From Lingula anatina (lineage: Eukaryota > Animalia > Brachiopoda), in NCBI GenBank assembly GCA_051362555.1, contig CM120643.1, positions 9,424,001 to 9,488,000 of the forward strand: a stretch of DNA of 64,000 bases, in the 5' to 3' direction. Shown piece by piece: positions 61,101 to 64,000 of this stretch (its first letter is position 1; every line of letters begins with the position of its first letter). A program made the translations under genes and the position numbers. The notes under the pieces were generated by a model that was not told the DNA's origin, searched no databases, and worked only from the letters and a program-made list of their open reading frames with translations.

Positions 61101-63154
61101 CTCAATTCATTCCTGTCTTAAGTTATTTTTTAAAATCAAATAAATTTCTGTGGAAGACTTTTACTAGTAAGTACTTCCAAACATTTTTCCATTGCTAAAA
61201 ATAAACCTATTCCCCCCCATGTAGTACCAATTATTTCAAGCAAAATTTTCTTTCTTTGTCAATAGATATACAATGTATGTCCAACTTTCACATAATAGTC
61301 CATATAAGAACACCAGTGCTAGAGATATTTCTTAGTGTCCGCCAAAAAGAATGAATAACAATCTGTCATCCTGAGATAATTGCAGCTATTTTCCCTAACA
61401 AATGTTTTTTCTCTTGTTTTTGTATCTTTAATGTGTGTTCTTGCTTACACTAATGGATTCAGGGTGGTTTTGGTGGTGGTGGTGGTGGTTGGGTGGGTGG
61501 GTGGGGGGGGGGGGGGGCAGGGGTCTAGTATATATAAATTTACCTTCTCTGTGCCTATAAATCCACGATCCCCCTTGTTTTGTCTTGTTTTTGTATCTTT
61601 TATGTGTTTTTGCTTAAACTAGCGTATTCAGGGGCGGTAGAGGTGAGGTGGGGTTGAGGGGGGGGGGGTAGGTAGCTGGGGGTGGGGGTCTATGAAATAC
61701 ATCCACCTTCTAACTGCTACTGTGGCCAAATGTTCTGAAGAGAATGGTGTGCTATGAGCTTTTTATTTTTACAGTACTGAGCATGCATGCATAATAATAT
61801 GCTACAACCACATTGATTTAAGGGCCACTTCACAATATTTTCCCAATCCGTGTGTCTTTGCTTAATTCTTTTTTCTTGATACATCTGTTCCATTAATTAA
61901 CTCAGTCTATGATTATTGAGATAAGATGCAAATACTTATTTGTTTCTTTCTCTCACACTTTGGATGTGAAAATATAGAACAAAAACTGCACAGATGGGGA
62001 AAATATTGTCAGACGGCCCTAAGACAGTTTTACATGTACCAGATTGTAAGTATAATAATAATAATAAAAATAAATATAGAATGCAAGGACATATAAAGCA
62101 TGCAATCTGGTCCTTATCCCAAATATTTCTAACCACAAATATTTCAACACATAATATAATACAGTGCCATCACCTCACCTGAATAAAAAAAACATTTTAC
62201 TGAAATTCTCAGAGAGTCACCCTGAGTATAAGGGGTCATTCCCATTGAAACTATCATTCTGCATAGATCCAACTCCACGGGGACTCTCGCTGAATGCATT
62301 CAGATTAACACACCTCCTCCTGGTTTTGAATAGAATACAGAAAAGCTGGTGATGACGTGACTACTTTGGAAACAAGAGGCTTGTACATCTTTTTACCTGA
62401 CTGCATTCAGCAAGAGTCCCCGAAGAACAACAGCTGCATTGGGAGAATTACAAAGGGCCCTTAGAGAATTAATGACAATTCCCATTGATGTCACATTTCT
62501 GTTACATATGCCCTACCCTATCAATTCTCCGTTCTCAGTGACTCAGGGTGCATCTGCTGAGAATTTTTTCTCTGATAAGCCATACTTATATATTGCTCTT
62601 ATATTGCGAGTGAAATAGATATATCACAGGCACAACATAGTTCATTGTCATGGGTGAAAGTTGTAAATCCTGAAAGCCTAGTTTGCAATTTCTTTTCATA
62701 TTTAGACCATATATAAAAAAAAAGATCAAAATGAAAACTAAAAATCTTGAAATCAGGCATAATCCTGAAAACTTTCACCCATGCATTATTACTAGTATAT
62801 AAATATGGCATATGGAAAAACATCCCCCCCCCCAAAAAAAAAAAAAAAAAAAGTTATGAAAAAAAAAAAGTCAAAATTTTTGCGATTACTTTCTGCCCTT
62901 AGCAGAGCTGCAGCAAGTAATACCTACTTCCTATCAGCATGGTACCAGCGCTTTCTATTCTTGACACTCCACTGGGAAGGCCATTTTTTAGGACAAAAAA
63001 CACAAGTACATCAAAAAAGGAGGAGTGTGGAGCTACGACTAGAAGTGGAGCATCGATGTCAGACGCTGGTATTCCCTTGATGTTAACATAATGGAAGCCC
63101 ATGACAAAAAAGCAAGCTCTTCCCATAAACTCCAGCAACCGGCCACTACAGCGC
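54981..63154 (-). CDS. LPCAT2: Lysophosphatidylcholine acyltransferase with EF-hands (LPCAT1/2 type); 10 exons in window, 5' exons beyond window end
   Basis: APHSSFFD (HX4D motif I), VSRED, FPEGTCTNRSCLITFKPG, PGVPVQPV, DTYTWTWEG, EF-hand loops DRDNSGTIDFRE / DSEGKGYLSESD / DKDQDSKISFDE, EYAKLF, C-terminal KQKRD* (KxKxx ER-retrieval type). Confidence 0.94.
55627..55847 (+). mobile_element. MITE family A, copy 2
   Basis: TTA TSD; near-identical to 10958-11183. Confidence 0.85.
55977..56118 (-). CDS. LPCAT2: LPCAT exon (EF-hands)
   Basis: LFDSEGKGYLSESDL...LFQQVDKDQDSKISF. Confidence 0.93.
56418..56516 (-). CDS. LPCAT2: LPCAT exon (EF-hand)
   Basis: DNSGTIDFREYVIGLSLVSEPANTEDTIQLAFQ. Confidence 0.94.
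57384..57534 (-). CDS. LPCAT2: LPCAT exon
   Basis: ITFEAAKAMLEKF...GKITVQELAEHLNLPVSEALEDVFTMYDR. Confidence 0.92.
58221..58446. mobile_element. Tc1/mariner-like MITE
   Basis: TA|cactcgaccaaaaaa...ttttttggtcgagtg|TA. Confidence 0.75.
58580..58705 (-). CDS. LPCAT2: LPCAT exon
   Basis: CLNVPATDHTFDDCRLM...GIVEFNKVNKKLG. Confidence 0.93.
59094..59176 (-). CDS. LPCAT2: LPCAT exon
   Basis: YLPVYKPNEEEIADPKLFAKNVREQMT. Confidence 0.93.
59493..59582 (-). CDS. LPCAT2: LPCAT exon
   Basis: DTYTWTWEGPGAFTLFWLTLCQIHNRFEVE. Confidence 0.93.
60037..60095 (-). CDS. LPCAT2: LPCAT exon
   Basis: GGFYPGVPVQPVCLRFPNRL. Confidence 0.93.
60148..60303. mobile_element. hAT-like MITE
   Basis: caggcctgtagcca...tggctatgggcctg TIR; a matching end is also seen at ~42335-42349. 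Confidence 0.6.
60564..60737 (-). CDS. LPCAT2: LPCAT exon (FPEGT)
   Basis: TLATFTQPIWVSRED...FPEGTCTNRSCLITFKP. Confidence 0.94.
62928..63154 (-). CDS. LPCAT2: LPCAT exon (motif I HSSFFD)
   Basis: RCSGRLLEFMGRACFFVMGF...APHSSFFD...MLIG; ttag|...|gtaggt. Confidence 0.9.
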
Positions 63155-64000
63155 CTAATGATGAACCAAGCAAATGAATGAAAAACAATGATAACTAAAT
63201 TAAATTCGACATGGATTATGAACATAAAAACACAGAGTAAAGCAAGTATCATGAAGCAGCTTTAAAATATATGGGATTCAGCCAGCTATTTAACCCTACA
63301 AAAAAATAATAAAATCAGTAATATGAATGGCAATACGTACAAGTCAAGAAATCAAAGGACCGATACCACAACAGTTGCATGCATATCATATACAATGTAC
63401 TGGGGTGCGATTCGGAACAGGGTGCTTTAGAATACTTGAAGAGAAAGTGTCACAAGGAAATATGGCCACAGGGTGCAGTACGGTACATATTAGATAATGA
63501 CATATTGATCTCTTCAGAGTGTCTCTTAAAAGACTGAAAATTGCTTTCAAAAGCAACCCAGAATTATCATGGAGATTTTTTCTCACAACTTTTCATGAAG
63601 CATATAGCATTTATAATTTAGTATCTAATAACTCAATGGAAATCCAGTGTCTTCCCACTTCCTACCCATACCCAGTATACACAGAGCATACCTAATATAC
63701 GAGAGAGATTCAAGGGAGTTAAAAGCAAATCACGATCTGATCAATACAAAACCGCTGTGCTACGAAGTGGGGTTATTTTCTTATGGCAGCAAGTCAAGGT
63801 TCGGTAAAAAGCCGGCTTACAAAAACTCTGGCTAAGATGCAATGTGAAGGCCAACAGTTTTGCTAAAATTCCTGCTCCTTACTGACCAATCCCCTTTTAA
63901 TTTTAAAAACCAATATATATATATATATATATATATGTACCCAAACAAAATGTTCGGAATGTCTTGAATATGTGCTAGCAATAAGTGTCATTAGATGCAA

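Noticed and set aside
61460-61690. G-rich tracts as functional G-quadruplexes
   Set aside because: They are part of a local duplication with poly-G slippage, and similar poly-G/C runs are scattered throughout the window.

Overview
AT-rich, intron-rich animal genomic DNA, almost certainly a lophotrochozoan protostome (mollusc- or annelid-like; inferred from the miR-71/miR-2 cluster and the repeat types). Three spliced protein-coding genes were reconstructed by hand with consistent exon phases. PPP4R1 (+; 20 coding exons, 14984-41098, ~1027 codons, last exon uncertain). An ABHD4/ABHD5-family lipase with an intact GxSxG and a poly-His insert (-; 6 exons, 51997-48060, 401 aa). LPCAT1/2-type acyltransferase with EF-hands (-; 10 exons in the window, 5' end beyond 64000). 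PPP4R1 intron 7 holds a microRNA cluster: miR-71 plus five miR-2 hairpins, interrupted by a Kolobok-type transposon remnant. Two observations stand out. First, a 6 x 53-bp tandem array fused to one pre-miR-2, in which each unit is a near-complete antisense copy of that mature miRNA split by a small hairpin. Second, tandem duplications that copy splice sites at four different PPP4R1 exon boundaries. The window also contains many MITEs, a Helentron-like element with a nested ~570-bp-arm foldback, and a possible divergent lncRNA. Most ORFs in the supplied track are spurious. Positions 1-10900 are non-coding as far as can be seen.
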